Below are positions 1 through 13,605 of a stretch of 64,000 nucleotides of DNA, piece after piece; within the stretch, counting starts at the first letter, position 1, and each line of letters starts with the position of its first letter. The stretch is from Leucoraja ocellata (taxonomy: Eukaryota), in contig JAWMAR010000016.1 in assembly GCA_036785375.1 (NCBI GenBank), positions 8,990,001 to 9,054,000 of the forward strand, written 5' to 3'. The notes under the pieces are model-generated. The model saw only the letters and a program-made list of their open reading frames with translations. It made no database searches and was not told the origin of the DNA. The translations under genes and the position numbers were made by a program.

Positions 1-1169
1 GATTTTAACCCATTTGCACTGATACTCTGTGAACTTTCCATACCCTTCAAACTCCCACCTCTACACTGCCCCTTTCAGCATGCTACTGAGATGAGTGGGC
101 ATATGCACCATAGATGCAATGGGTGAAATGTCCCGCCATCTCTATAGTTAATCTCAGATTCTACATTGTTGTGCCTAGCATTCAAATTTACACCAGGATT
201 GTTTTTATCCCACTAGGACCCAAGGAGATTCTTCTAAAAGGTTCATCTCCAATACCATTCACCAAGTAAGGGCAGCACTAATGTCAGGGTAACCTCTTCT
301 CAGGGCTAGCACTGCCTGTTGCAGCTGCCAGCATTGAGGACCCTTCAGCAAACAGTTTCTTCCTGTGGAGTTGTGCTCTTGAAACAAACATGCAGTTCTT
401 TGTCTACAAGAGTAGTTGGATAGCACAGTGGCACAGCGGTAGAGTTATTACTTCACTGTTCAAAGAACCCAGTCTCAATCTCAAGAGAGCAAATTATCCA
501 AATTTGGCAGCTTGCTTTGTCTTCCTGCTGACTGGTTAACACTGTACCTCGGTATACTTGACAGTAAACTAAACTAAACTAAAGTAATTGAAGACATTGG
601 AACCGCACCCAGAGAGCTATGAGGAGTTTGAATTATGTTCTGGTGAAACTAACTGCCAGTAAATACATCCCAAACAAACAATGTCCAGTGACTTGGAGAC
701 AAGAGCGATCAACTGTCTCTGTATGGATTCAACTGATATTCTTACAGATCAGGTAAGGATCTACAGCCTGCCAGTGAACCAGATGGGCTTTTACAAAATC
801 CTGTAGTTTTGCAGTCACCGTTATTGATGAAAAGCTTTCTTTTAATTCCAGATTAGCAGCTGCTGTACTGCAATTTGAACTGGAACTGTTGTATCGGTAG
901 GTCAGACCTGTGGATTACTGCCTCAGTAATTTAAGTGATGCACAATCACCAAATCCCAATGGCTTTATAGCTGATTTTAAGAACAGCACTTTTGGCAAAA
1001 GACAGGTATGAATTGTAAATTCTTCCATATTATTGTGATCCTAGCTTGGTGAACAGGAGATACCATTGGTCATTTGTAGCTTCTTTCATGTTCCAGAGAG
1101 ATAAAGATCAGTAAACTTTGGTGATCAATGCAATCCCTTATCAACTGAAATTATTTATCCTAGATAAAA

Positions 1170-1473
1170 TAGTTTAGTTTAGTATGAGATAATGTGAAAG
1201 CAGGCACATTGGCCCACCGAGTCCCTGCTATCCCCACACATTAACACTGTCCTACACCTACTAGGCACAATTTACAATTATACCAAGCTAATTAACCTAC
1301 AAACCTGTACATCTTTGGAGAGTGGGAGAAAACTGGAGCACCCGGAGAAAACCCACACAGGTCACAGAGAGAACGTACAAACTACGTACAGACAGCACTG
1401 GTAGTCAAGATCGAACCCGGGTCTCTGGCACTGTAAGATCAGCAACTCTAGTGTTGAACCACCATGCTGCCCG
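1170..1473 (-). mobile_element. tRNA-derived V-SINE (HE1-like)
   Basis: Reverse complement of tRNA head, V-domain and CR1-like tail with (TAAAC)n. Confidence 0.8.
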
Positions 1474-1479
1474 CCTAAA

Positions 1480-1857
1480 GTTGTGGAATGTATGCATCAC
1501 TCGGAGGCAAAGTTGGTCAGCAGTGGAGGCACCCTGGGACGTGGAGGCACAGCGGTGGCAGTCCGATGTGGAAGACTGTGCGTTCGTGGCTCGATGTCAA
1601 GGTGTCAGAGTGGTCGAGCCAGCGGGGGTCAGCTGCCACTGGAGGCACTGACGCAGCCTGGGGGACAAGTACATCGGGAGCAACCCCTAGTGGCTGAACT
1701 CACTGAACAGCCGCGGCTGATACAGAGCGACGGAGCAGTGGTGGAGGACATCAACACATTACCTGACCAGGCCATCTCTGCAACTCTAACCCAATGCTGC
1801 TGCCAGGACAACAGGCATTAATGGTCAAGCTAAGATTCCAACATTAAAAAAAAAAAA
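1480..1857 (+). mobile_element. RTE-like LINE 3' fragment with poly(A)
   Basis: Frameshifted W..A...C.WR C-terminal motif (SEWSS/AGVSCHWRH) and an A12 tail at 1846-1857. Confidence 0.5.
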
Positions 1858-2444
1858 TTTGGTAAAGGGTTCAAGACGGCACCTGGAAAGTTGTGATCTG
1901 ACTCAGTGTGGTCAACTCATTTACACTCTTAGTATGTTAGAAATGCTGGAGAAACTCAGCGGGTGAGGCAGCATCTATGGAGCGAAGGAGTAGGTGACCT
2001 TTTGAATCGAGACCCTTCTTCAGTCTCGACCTGAAACGTCACCTATTCCTTCGCTCCATAGATGCTGCCTCACCCGCTGAGTTTCTCCAGCATTTTTATG
2101 TACCTTCGATTTTTCCAGCATCTGCAGCTCCTTCTTAAACATACACTGAAGTATGATGTGCCTAATGTATAGTAAGATTGTCACTGAAATGTATGCAAAA
2201 AAAAGAATGTCACAGTACTTGTACATGTGGCAATAAAGCACCACTAAACCACTGAGCCATCATTAAAGTGATGAGATGATTACAATTGTGTTGATTGACT
2301 GAATCAGGAAAATAAATTCAATCTATATGCCAATAATGACCAATCTATTCTGAAAGCAATGATTATATTCCTTCATAAATTTCACACATTATTTTCATAG
2401 CATCATTAGTTCCATTTTATGTACAGTAAGCTAATCAATAACTA

Positions 2445-2750
2445 GTGAGGCTTGGTGGCGTAGAGTTACTGCCTTACAACACTTGCAGCGCTAGAGGCCC
2501 GGGTTTCATCCCGACTATGGGTGCCGTCTGTACGGAGTTTGTACGTTCTCCCCGTGACCGCAAAGGTTTTCTCTGGGATTTTTGGCTTCCTCCCACACTC
2601 CGAAGATGTACAGGTTCGTAAGCTAATTGGCTTGGTATAAGTGTAAATTGTCTCTGGCACGTTTAGGGTAGTGTTAATGTGCAGGGATCACTGGTCAGTA
2701 CGGACTCGGTGGGCCGAAGCGCTTGTTTCCGTGGTGTATCTCTAAACTAA
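2445..2750 (+). mobile_element. tRNA-derived V-SINE (HE1-like)
   Basis: GGAGTTTGTACGTTCTCCCCGTG...CTCCCACACTCC V-domain and GGGCCGAAG...TATCTCTAAACTAA tail. Confidence 0.85.
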
Positions 2751-2999
2751 CGGGCCTGTCCCCACTTTCATGACCTAATTCACGATCTCTGCTGAGTTTG
2801 CCCTTGTCTCATACTCGCAGCATCGTCGTCACGAGATCGTAGGTAGGTTGTAGACGGTCATAGGTAGGTCGTAGCAGTCCGTGATGCTAGTCGTAGGTAC
2901 TCGTGGCATCAAGAAGGTCGGGGCATTTTTTCAACATGATGAAAAATGTCCACGAGTAAAAAAGGTCGTGAATTAGGTCTTGAACGTAGGACAGGCCCT
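2751..2999. mobile_element. PIF/Harbinger-like MITE
   Basis: TIRs GGGCCTGTCCC...CATGACCTAATTCACGA with an imperfect inverse; TAA on both sides. Confidence 0.75.
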
Positions 3000-3897
3000 T
3001 AAATAACCTTCAGCGTTGATGGCATCTGACAGAAGTCTTAGGAATGCTTTCCAAACATAAAGCTGTAGTTTAAGATATTAGATTAGAACTGCATCGAGGT
3101 TGGTTCATCTTCAAGTTGACTCTTAATAATAAATGACTGAAATTGAAATAGCAGCATTTTACTGCAATTCAGCAACCTGCAAATTTGAACTTTTACATGC
3201 TGAACATTTTCCCACAAGCTGACGGTAAGTTGCAGATTATAGTCAAAAGCATTTAAAAGTTGATGTTGATGCTGACATGCAAATAATGGCTGAATGGTTG
3301 CTATTTCATCATGTTCCCATTATGGGAAGAGGATTGGATGGAGGATTATGCAGATATTGGTAATCAATGCTTGACTTTTTGTTCTGGGGATGATGGGGTG
3401 ATGATGGGGCGATATGATGTTATAAGAAATTATGTGAAAGAGTTTAAAAAAAAAAAAAATTGATGTACAGTTAGTTGGAGGAAATCTGCTGATGTTCTAA
3501 TCCTTTGGCAATCACTCCACATTACAATGTCAGAAACCCGGGTTCAACCCTGACATCAGGTGCTGTTTGTACAGAGTTTACAAGTTCTCCTTGTGACCAC
3601 CCACGTGGTTCTCTAGTTTCCTCCCACATCCCAAAGACGTGCAGGTTTGTAGGTTAATTGGCCCTCTGCAATTTGTCACTACTGTGTTGGATAGAACGGA
3701 TGATCGATGATGGGCCAAAGGGCCTGTTTCCATGCTGTATCTCTGAACTAAACTATAACGGTCTGCTTCTGAATACTTTCTGATCGGGGTGATTACAAGC
3801 GAAATATCACCTTGCAGGCTTTGACACTCCTTGATCTTGAAGTTATGCCGTTGAATTATTTTGTTCTGTATTATAACCATTAAGCTACCAAGGGAAT

Positions 3898-4548
3898 TGT
3901 AACGGGTATAGCTTGGACCCAATAGCAGCACAGAATCAGGCAGGTATAATTGGTAATGAACCTTATAACGATACTGTAACACAGAGTAGTAACACAGGAA
4001 TGGGTACACCGTACTCACACAGAGGCTCAGGATTGAGCGAGGGTTCCGAAGAGGGGCAGGCAGGAGGCGTAGTCGGGGTAGCGGAAGATCCAGTAACCAG
4101 GAGATCCAACACACGATGCAAACAAACCAGCGAGGGACAGACGAAAGCATAGTCAAAGTCAGGCAGGAAGTCGAGGAGCCGTTGCAGGGATACACCAAAC
4201 AGCCCAGGAGAGAGGCAGAGAGAAACCAGGAGGTCGGGGACAGAAGGCTGAGGTGATATCCGGGAAGATGACAGGACGGAATGGTCAGGGGCAGGCAGGT
4301 TCGAATCTGTGTAGGCAGTCGGGAAATCGCTGGAGAGTCTTGCATGAATGCTGAGAACAATCTGGCACTGTGTGAACGGTGAGGAGAGTCTATATACCGG
4401 GTTAATAGGTGATCAGAGGCAACTGAGTGCAACAGGTGAGGAGAGTTAGGCAGATGAGAGGGGAGTGGCAGGCAAGGAGAAGGAGGGACCGGTGGAAAAG
4501 TACTGGGAGGTGAAGTGGATGAGAATGAGGAGAGGGCAGACTGTGACA
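3898..4548 (-). mobile_element. Solo LTR (Gypsy or BEL type), 651 bp
   Basis: TG...CA termini (TGTAAC...GTGACA), 5-bp TSD GGAAT at 3893-3897 and 4549-4553, and a TATA-like GGTATATAGA on the minus strand near 4390. Confidence 0.85.
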
Positions 4549-4802
4549 GGAATATTGTTTTATCAAGGCTACTACTAATGAGCAGAGCAACCTAGAACGC
4601 AAGCAAGTAGTGGAACTAAATTATTTAAATCTGCTGCTGACCAAGAATGGTGTTTGATTGCCGTAGAAGTTCTGGTTTGTTAATTTGTCACAGAACAGCA
4701 TTAGCTTTCTTTCACGGACCCCAATCTCAAACCAGTTCCTTCACGGCAATTCAAAAACTCAACCACAGGAATGTCATCACTACCTTTACTTGCACTAAAC
4801 AT

Positions 4803-5110
4803 GGGCAGCACAGGGTGATACGGTGGCACAGCTGGTAGAGCTGCTGAGTCACAGTGCCAGAGACCCAGCAGGTTCAATCCTGACCTTGGTGCTGTCTATG
4901 TGGAGTTTGCACGTTCTACCTGTGACTGCGTGGGTTTCCTGTGTGTGCTCTGGCTTCTTCTCACATCCCAAAGATGTGTGGGTTCGTAGATTAATTGGCC
5001 TCCGGAAATTGCTCCTAATGTGGAGGGCGTGGTGAAAGTGGCATAACATGGAACTAGTGTGAATGGTCAGCATGGACTTGGTGGGCTGAACGGCCTGTTT
5101 CCATCTTGAA
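4803..5110 (+). mobile_element. tRNA-derived V-SINE (HE1-like)
   Basis: A/B-box head, V-domain and tail. Confidence 0.8.
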
Positions 5111-5409
5111 TCTTTCAATTCATTTCTTTAAAAATGTGCAGTTCACATCCAGAGCAAGACTCCAAAAGCAGCACCTCTGGCAAGGCTGTAGACTCTCAAC
5201 AAAGCACTGACAAGATGGAAATCAATGGGTATTGTTGATGACAAAGCAGAAGGAATTGAATAAGATGGGTTATATTCATGGGTTTTTAGTCTTCCAAAGT
5301 TTGTTCTCAAGTCGATAGGTTTTAATCAATTTCCAAGTGTTGAAGTCACAAGATGCCTGTGTTATGTCTCTAATTAATTCCTGGATACCAGGTGGCTCTC
5401 ATTGTCTGA

Positions 5410-5822
5410 TAGAAACATAGTCACATAGAAAATAGGTGCAGTAGTAGGCCATTCAGCCCTTCGAGGCTGCACTGCCATTCAATATGATCATGGCTGATCA
5501 TCCAACTCAGTATCCTGCATGTGCCTTCTCTCCATACCCCCTGATCCCTTTAGCCACAAGGGCCACATCTAACTCCCTCTTAAATTTAGCCAATGAACTG
5601 GCCTCAACTACCTTCTGTGGCAGAGAATTCCACAGATTCACCACTCTGTGTGAAAAATGTTTTTCTCATCTCGGCCCTAAAAGACTTCCCCCTTATCCTT
5701 AAACTGTGACCCCATGTTCTGGACTTCCCCAAAATTGGGAACAATCTTCCTGCATCTAGCCTGTCCAACCCCTTAAGAATTTTGTACGTTTCTATAAGAT
5801 CCCCCCTCAATCTTCTAAATTC
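5410..5822 (-). mobile_element. CR1 LINE 3' fragment
   Basis: RRLRGDLIETYKILKGLDRLDAGRLFP...GHSLRIRGKSFR plus 3' UTR. Confidence 0.85.
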
Positions 5823-6276
5823 TATCTTCTGATCACTGTGAAATACTGGGTTCCAGCATAGGCACAGCCACAAGGTTATTCTGAAGACGGGTCTCAACCC
5901 GAAACGTCAACTATTCCTTTTCTCCAGAGATGTTGTCCGACCCGCTGAGTTACTCCAGCTTTTTGTGTCTATCTTCGGTTATTGAGACTGTTGGGCTCCA
6001 GCTTCCACAAAGGACGTCTGCTAACTCAGCAGACAATCACAAAATCCAAAATGCTCATATCTGCGAGACCCTTCTTCAGACCCAAGGTCTAGACCCGAAA
6101 CGTCACTTATTCCTTTTCTCCAGAGATGCTGTCTGACCCGCTGAGTTACTCCAGCTTTTTGTGTCTGTCTCTGGTTTAAACCAGCATCTGCAGTTCTTTC
6201 CTACACATGGTCATTTTTGCCCTAGAATACAGAAATGTCTTTCCCCAAGAGGAATGCCAAACAATGCTTGCACATG

Positions 6277-6507
6277 TGTTTAAGAGGGAACTGCAGATGC
6301 TGGAGAATCGAAGGTTACACAAAAAAGCTGGAGAAACTCAGCGGGTGCAGCAGCATCTATGGAGCGAAGGAAATAGGCAACGTTTCGGGCCGAAACCCTT
6401 TTTCAATCCGTCTGAAGAAGGGTTTCGGCCCGAAACGTTGCCTATTTCCTTCGCTCCATAGATGCTGCTGCACCCGCTGAGTTTCTCCAGCTTTTTTGTG
6501 TAACCTT
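6277..6507. mobile_element. Palindromic (fold-back) Penelope-derived element with hammerhead-like cores
   Basis: Inverted arms of about 100 bp, near-perfect; direct repeat CAATGCTTGCACATG at 6262-6276 and 6508-6522; contains CTGAAGAAGGGTTTCGGCCCGAAACGTT. Confidence 0.85.
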
Positions 6508-8539
6508 CAATGCTTGCACATGAGTGGATATAAACTCTCTTGCAGGGTTGCTGTGGTCTTGCAACAGCACGATCCCAATCACTGCATGGTGTGACTATTA
6601 GCACATGCCACCCTTAATCGTTCATGTTGCAGAAGATTCAGTGCATGGTCTGCTCAGACCGCACAATCAGAACTCCTCATGGAGCATCGGTCGTGGGAGG
6701 CATTTGATTTAACTATAATGTTATTATGTTTCGATTGTAATTGACCTTAGGTCACATGGTCATATGTGATTGGAGCAGAATTTGGCCATTCGGCCCATTA
6801 AGTCTACTCTGCCATTCAATCAATGCTGATCTATCTCTCCCTCCTAACCCCATTCTCCTGTCTTCTCCCCATAACCTCTGACACCCATACTAATCAAGAA
6901 TCTATCTATCTCTGCCTTAAAAAATATCCATTGACGGCCTCCACAACCTTCTGTGGCTAAGAACACAAGCAAAACATTGTTAGCAACTCGATCTATATCC
7001 CTTGTATGTTGTGGTAGATTTCTCACCGATGTAACATGCTCAGTATAATCCGAATGACTCAAGGTGCTCTCTGTAGTGGCAGTCATCCAAGTTCCGCTGG
7101 AGCCTGATGGCCAATGAGCGAAACAAGATCGACCTGTCATGGACTCAAGTTCTTCATAACCTTTCCTGAACGCTGAACCTTTTTCATTCCAGGCTTAGTA
7201 AACCAGCATGTCTGGAAGCAGCAAGGTATTTAATTTTTAAGCAAATGTCAGTTTAATGACCAGAGCATTTTTATGTGCATGGCTGGCCAGTATTATCTGT
7301 TATGGTACTGTTTTCAAATGTGTACTAGTTCCCAGCATATCAAAACCAATGAGGGATATACCAAACCATGCATATCATTTCCAGGACTCTGCATTTAAGA
7401 TACCAATTTCTATTTTCAAATATCTACAGGTTTGTAACCATTTTGCTCCCATTCCAAGTATATATTAATGTACACAACTTGTATTTATGCAGATGCAATT
7501 GGGAAGTTATTTTCTAATCATTTTAACTATTGGCCCATGTGTCTGTTGCATTGTGCCAAATGGACTATGAACAGCATGATAATGCAATCACTTCATGTCT
7601 ACAGTTACACCTTTGGTACATCTGCGCTGGTTTGTTTTGAACCTGAGCATCAAAAGCAGAGACAGATGTGTCGGGGAAAAAAAGACACAAAGTGCTGGAG
7701 TAAGTCAGCGGGTCAGGCAGCATCTCTGGAGAGCATGGATAGGTGATGTTTCAGGTGGGGACCCTGCTTCAACTGTGGGGAGATGCTGTGCTGGGTCAGC
7801 ACATGCTGGGGATGTCAACACCGGCAAGTGGAGAGAAGTTCTCCTCATCAGGCCCACAAGGGCAAGTTTGGAGCAAACTGCTCCTGCATTTGCATTCATT
7901 GTAATGGTTCTGGAGCCAGGTGCTCTGCAGGCTGTCTTGACAACATCATGTGCTACCTGTACTCGCTTGTGATTACTGAGGCGTGAGAACAACGGCAGCT
8001 GAAATCAGCCAGATTTACTCGCACCAGACACTTATAGCTCAAGCAATCAACAGCTTCTGTTTACATAGCCTATCAAAATTGTAAAATGTTTTGCAAGGTA
8101 TTTCAGGGAAGTGTGATCAAACATTAGCAATCTGTGACTTTTCCAAAACAGACTGTAAAGCAAAAATGTGCAGGTGTAAATCGGTTAACAGCAATGATAC
8201 CGTGACTGAAATGTAAAGTCTTTACATAAATAAATCTACAGTGTAACTCTGAACATTTCATTCAATAGGATTTCTGTCTGCCTAATGATATGAGTAAACT
8301 GTTATACATTACATTTCAAGGCTGTTACTGCCTTGATGTTGCACTGCACCCATTAGGCTGCAGTGAAATGGATAATGCATGGTCTGTGGTGTGCCAGAAC
8401 AGTGTTAGGGTCACCAGTCAATTCCACTGAGATTCTCTAGTCATGATTACAGCCCAGAAAGCAATCAACAACCAAATAGTAAGTTTAAATATTTTAACCT
8501 AGAGAATGGATAGATTAGTGCCCTTGGGGGGGGGGGGGA

Positions 8540-8840
8540 GCACAGTGGCGCAGAGGTGGAGTTGTTGCCTTACAACGACAGAGACCCGGGTTCAATTCTG
8601 ACTACGGGTGCTTGTCTGTACGGAGCTTGTACATTCTCCCCGTGACCGCGTGGTTTTTCTCAAAGATCTTTGGTTTCCTCCCACACTCCATCGATGTACA
8701 GGTTTGTCGGTTAATTGGCTTGGTATAAAAGTAAATTGGCTCTAGTGTGTGTAGGATAATGTTAGTGTGCGGGGATCGCTGGTTGGGGCGGACTCGGTGG
8801 ACCGAAGGGCCTGATTCCGCAATGTATCTCTAAACTAAAC
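8540..8840 (+). mobile_element. tRNA-derived V-SINE (HE1-like), full length
   Basis: GTGGCGCAG A box, GGTTCAATTC B box, V-domain and (TAAAC) tail. Confidence 0.85.
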
Positions 8841-9369
8841 TTTTCACATGCAAACTACTCTGGAATATAATTTTGCGCTGGTTAGATTGAACTAAAGAAC
8901 ATTTTGAGGTGAAAATTACGTCCATCGGGAAATTAGCCTGGACACTTCTGCTCACAGTTTACCTTCAGGTATTTGTCGTCTCTATGGCATCAGACACACA
9001 TGTCACACTGACACAAGCTTTCACTGGATGTAGGAAAGAACTGCAGATGCTGGTTTACCACAAAGATAGACACAGGCAGCATCTCTGGAGAAAAGGAATG
9101 GGTGACATTTTGGGTCGAGACCCTTCTTCAGACTTCAAAGTTAGGGGAGGGGGAGACAGAAATTTGGAAGGGTAAGATGTGAAAACACAGGTCAAAGGGG
9201 ACAAAGATCAAGGAAATGTGGAATGGCACATAGTTAGCTGAGGGGAAGGTGAGTGCTTCCTCCCCTAACTGTGCAAGCTGGAACTTCTGGGTCCAATCTA
9301 CAACTTATAACGGATAATCACTAAAAATAGGACCACTTCACATTGCTTGACACTTTGCTCCTGTTTTAG

Positions 9370-9481
9370 TGCTTTTATTGTTTTTAATTTTATTGTTTAA
9401 TTATTTTTTTTTTGTCCATGATTAGTCATGTACAGCACTTTGTGGCAACTGTGGTTGTTTTTAAAGTGCTCTATAAATAAA

Positions 9482-9529
<48 letters not shown>
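9370..9529 (+). repeat. L2-type 3' tail with (TTA)n microsatellite
   Basis: GTACAGCACTTTG...AAAGTGCTCTATAAATAAAG stem-loop followed by TTA repeats. A similar tail lies at about 14715-14792. Confidence 0.7.
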
Positions 9530-12500
9530 GCACTCATGAACGAGTAATCAATTAAAAGATCTCCATGAAGGTCTTGCTTGCAACATCAGCCAGCCTGTTT
9601 TCATTGCTCACAATATTTAAAACCTTATCACAGGTTTCGGTCTCCATTGTTGAGCACATTAGTCAATGCTGCGATCTTTCTCTTGCTGATCATCCTGTAC
9701 CTTTGGAGACATGCCCCCCCCCCCCCCCCCCCCCTATGATATGAGGGTAACTTTCATAAGTTCATCAGTGATAGGAGCAGAATTAGGCCATTCGGCCCAC
9801 CAAAGCTACTCCACCATTCAACCATATCTGATCTATCTCTCCCTCCTAACCCCATTCTCCTGCCTTCTCCCCATAACCCCTGACACCCATACTGATCAAG
9901 AATCTATCTATCTCTGCCTGAAACATATTCATTGATGTGGCCTCCACAGCCTTCAGTGGCAATGAAATTCACGGATTCACCACCCTCTGACTAAAGAACT
10001 GTGGAGCACGCCATCACATAGTGAATGGCCACAAGCAAAATAGACTGATATCTGACCCCTCCCCTGTGTTTCACCTCATCTGCAAGGTAGCCTTTCATGC
10101 ACCTCTCCTGTAGAGATGTAGAGAGGGGGAAGAGATGTTTCACGGCCTGATGCCATTACTGGTGATGAGCGCGACAAAGATGCAGTTGCTGTGAGCTTTC
10201 CTAATGATGATGGTATCGGGTCCCATTTTAATACACAATGTTGAGTGTCATCTACCAGACCATTGTTTCTAAGGTATTTCTGCAGGGGATCTGTTTAGGT
10301 GTTAGTTCAATGTGCAGCATGTTTAGTGCACCAAAAAAAGGATGGCATTTTAAGGCATTTCCTTTTAAAATACAGCAGAATAATAAAATATAAGCCTGCA
10401 AGCCGTCTTTTGCTGTTAGTCCTCACACCCGTAACTAACCAGAGGGCACTGCCAACCATGGGTTCAGCCCTGAATTTAACTCTCCTGGGGACAGCTGGAT
10501 GGAACCACAACAATACCAACACTTCACTGCGATCATCCAGATTAGGCTTCAAGACCAAACAGGTGCTCATAAATCCATAAGTGATAGGAGCAGAATTAGG
10601 CCATTCAGTCCATCAAGTCTACTCCGCCATTCAATCATGGTTGGTCTATCGCTCCTACCTAACCCCATTCTCCTGCCCTCACTGCCTTTTCATTTTGACA
10701 GAGAGGAAACTTTCCCTGTGCCCATTTGATGCTTCAAAAACACTCTAAAGTAATTTCTCAGCTACTGAAGCTGACTTGTTCCCAAACTGCCGAAGTAACT
10801 CATTCCTCAAGAGGTGTTGAAGTAATAAGAGACAAGGGCATTGATAGGAGGATCAATCTCCTCACTAGTTCTGTGTGTTTACAAATATAAGGTGTTTGCA
10901 AAACATAACCAAATATTAATTGAAATGTTTGCTAATTGACAAAGTCAGTAGGAACGGACTTAAGTGAGCTTATGACTTTGGAGCCTGGAAACTAATAGCA
11001 TGGTCAACATTTAATATTGGATGTCCTGTTCACAATTAGATCTTCCCAAGTTGTTTCAAATCAGAAATAAAGTAGCAGCTGAGATGAGAAGGAGTTGAAT
11101 TAAAACGTTGAAGCGAGGTGCTCAGCTAAATCCCATGTCCCATATAAATGCCCAATAAGGCATTGATATCTGCCTTGGTATCAATTATCACCTTCTACTT
11201 GGGTTCTCAATGCAATTCCATTGATAAAGACAGCAAAGAAGAGAATAGCAACTTTTCAATCACAACTTCAAACTACAGATTTTATTTTTTTCAATGTTTC
11301 AGGGCTTCATTTTAGGTAAGAACACCTATTGTCAGAGCAGAGTGATATTTTCCTGGGAATTGGATGTACCAGGTTGGATTGCAGCACCATTTTCCAATGT
11401 AATAAAATACCATTGACACTCTGCCTGATACCTGCAAGTTTCTACCTGGATCCTCTGGGCAAAAATACACGGAGTGCTCGGATAGAGTCTACAGCATGTC
11501 CCGGACCTCCACTGCCACTTGACCCATGCTGGCTGCTGTCGGGCACTCTTCATGCATGTGGGTGCTTCAATGTGAAGTCCCAGGTGTGTCCCAGGCCCCA
11601 CACTGGGGACCTGCTTCAGATGCATGTCCTGTTATCTCTGTACTTATCATACAGTCTCTTCGGCACACTCACTCACTCTCAATCACCCTTCTCCTTCTGT
11701 CACCACCTCTAGCAAAAGCAGTACCCCCACACTAGTCCACACGGAAACCCCACCTTGAATATTTTCCCCCTAACCCAAATAAACCAACACCTTCCAGCTC
11801 AACTACTGCCCCTCCCCAATCCAATGCAAAAAAAAAGCAGCTCCTCTATGCACCAGTAAGCTCGACATTGCTCTGCCTACTTTGGTCTTCACACTATCAT
11901 GGTTTTCTTACCGATAATAACTGATCATTCGTTGTATATTTCTTGATGTTATTGGTTTACATGTGCCTGTAGAGCTGAGGCAAGAGTGAATTTCATTTCA
12001 GGTGCATATGGCAAATAAATATTCTAGACTCTCCTGACTTCTGATCCCCTTCCTCCCAGCGCTGACCCTTGCCCACTGACCCACTAGGTCCACAGCCCCA
12101 ACTCCAGGAGTTGAAAGGTCCTTCACCACACAACATTGACTCAGTTGTGCTCTTTACCTTGAACCTCCCAGTGACAGCCCAAAATATATTGTCTCCGCAC
12201 AATGCCTTTAGAGATACCATTTACTTTTCCGGCTTGGGTTTGAATCTAATCAAAAACATTGGTGTGCTTGCAAAGGCAAATGAAACCAGGCAGGGTGTTA
12301 ACTGGGCAGTCAGTTTGTAATGACCTGTGTTGTGTCATTTCTATCTTCATCTTTCATCTCAAGCACTGCATACAAGTGGCTCAGATCCTGGACCACAGTT
12401 TATACTGTACCTCCCCCAAGCTGGAGGCAAGGTATAATCAGCTTACACCTCGCCAAACCAGAGGCAAGGTTAACCATGTTTTGAGACGTTACCTCTGCAT

Positions 12501-12531
12501 GAAGCATAGAAAGCGAGGCTCTGATACTCAC

Positions 12532-13090
12532 GGTTGTGGCGTACTGAATGTCCTTCCAGATGGAGGTTTCCCTGGAGAGATCTGACGCTTCAAACAGGTT
12601 CTCTAAAATCACTTCCCCAATCATGTCATGTCTAGAAAACCTATCAAAGTCATACACAGTCAAGTGTAGTTTCCTGTTGTTGAGTTCGTCATACGACACA
12701 GGAAATTGGAAACTTTCATCGAAGGTAGGATTGAGTGTTTTCCTGTGCACGCGCGTCTGGAACTTCCTTTTCCGATCAGGTAGAAGATAGATTTTTACAT
12801 AGGGGTCCGAGCTTCCGCAAAAGTCCTTTGCAGGCAAATCAAAACCCTTGAGGATTGTGACAATCAGCATTTCATTCTCATAGTCGTATTTTAGTGTGAA
12901 GTTGATTTTCCCGCAGCTTTTCCCAGCTTCCTTCTTTGTGTCTTCAGAGTCCATGGACTTCTGCTTGTAGAGCTCAGGTTTGATCCGTCCAATGCTTGTG
13001 ACTTGTTCCTTGTAGGGCAAGCAGTCGGTGCTGAAATCAACACTCGACACATGCATCTGCCGCGGTAAGTGTCGTTTAAAAGAGCTGTGC
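12532..13090 (-). CDS. SYT6: Synaptotagmin-6 coding exon (linker end plus C2A domain), 559 bp
   Basis: Translates to (R)[18 protein letters not shown]...[14 protein letters not shown]...[13 protein letters not shown]...[41 protein letters not shown]...[41 protein letters not shown], which matches recalled SYT6. Acceptor is tttgctctag|G and donor is ACC|gtgagt. All five C2A Ca2+-binding Asp positions are present. Confidence 0.95.
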
Positions 13091-13344
13091 CTAGAGCAAA
13101 TAATCAAAAATAAAAATAACTTATCGGTGAAAGAACGAATAAAGGAATTGCACTTATCACAGCTTTCACAATCAAAAGGATTCCACAGGCAATGAAGATA
13201 GATAGTCATCTCTCTGCCAGGGCAATGGACCTTTAAGGCCTTAGATAAGTCTCTGCATTTTTAAGAACTTTAAATCTTGCAGGATGCAAGCTGGTGCCAG
13301 AAACATGGTAACTCTTGCATACTACCTGAGTGGAATCTACTATT

Positions 13345-13605
13345 GTGTAGGAAGGAACTGCAGATGCCTGTTTACACTGAAGATAGGCACAACGTGCTGG
13401 AGTAACTCAGCGGGACAGGCAGTATCACTAGAGAGAAGGAATGGGTGATGTTTCGGGTCGAGACATGTCGGGTGGGTTCTGAAGAAGGGTCTTGATCCGA
13501 AACATCACCCATCCCTTCTCTCCAGAGTTGCTGCCTGTCCCGCTGAGTTACTCCAGCACGTTGTGCCTATCTTCGGTGTAAACAGGCATCTGCAGTTCCT
13601 TCCTA
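13345..13605. mobile_element. Palindromic Penelope-derived element
   Basis: Arms GGAAGGAACTGCAGATGC...CTCAGCGGGACAGGCAG and their reverse complement. Confidence 0.8.

Noticed and set aside
3578-4432. 284-aa minus-strand ORF
   Set aside because: It runs across a solo LTR into an unrelated SINE, has low-complexity composition and shows no recognisable domain.
8540-8615. tRNA genes at SINE heads
   Set aside because: The A/B boxes continue directly into the SINE V-domain and tail, so these are SINE heads and not tRNA genes.
1-12531. SYT6 C2B exons (ESVDLGEIMFSLCYLPTAG...)
   Set aside because: Not found by eye or in the ORF track. They probably lie outside the window, though a short exon could have been missed; TBLASTN would settle it.
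12400-13209. 269-aa ORF as a complete single-exon gene
   Set aside because: Only 12532-13090 is SYT6-like and bounded by AG/GT; the flanks are intronic read-through.
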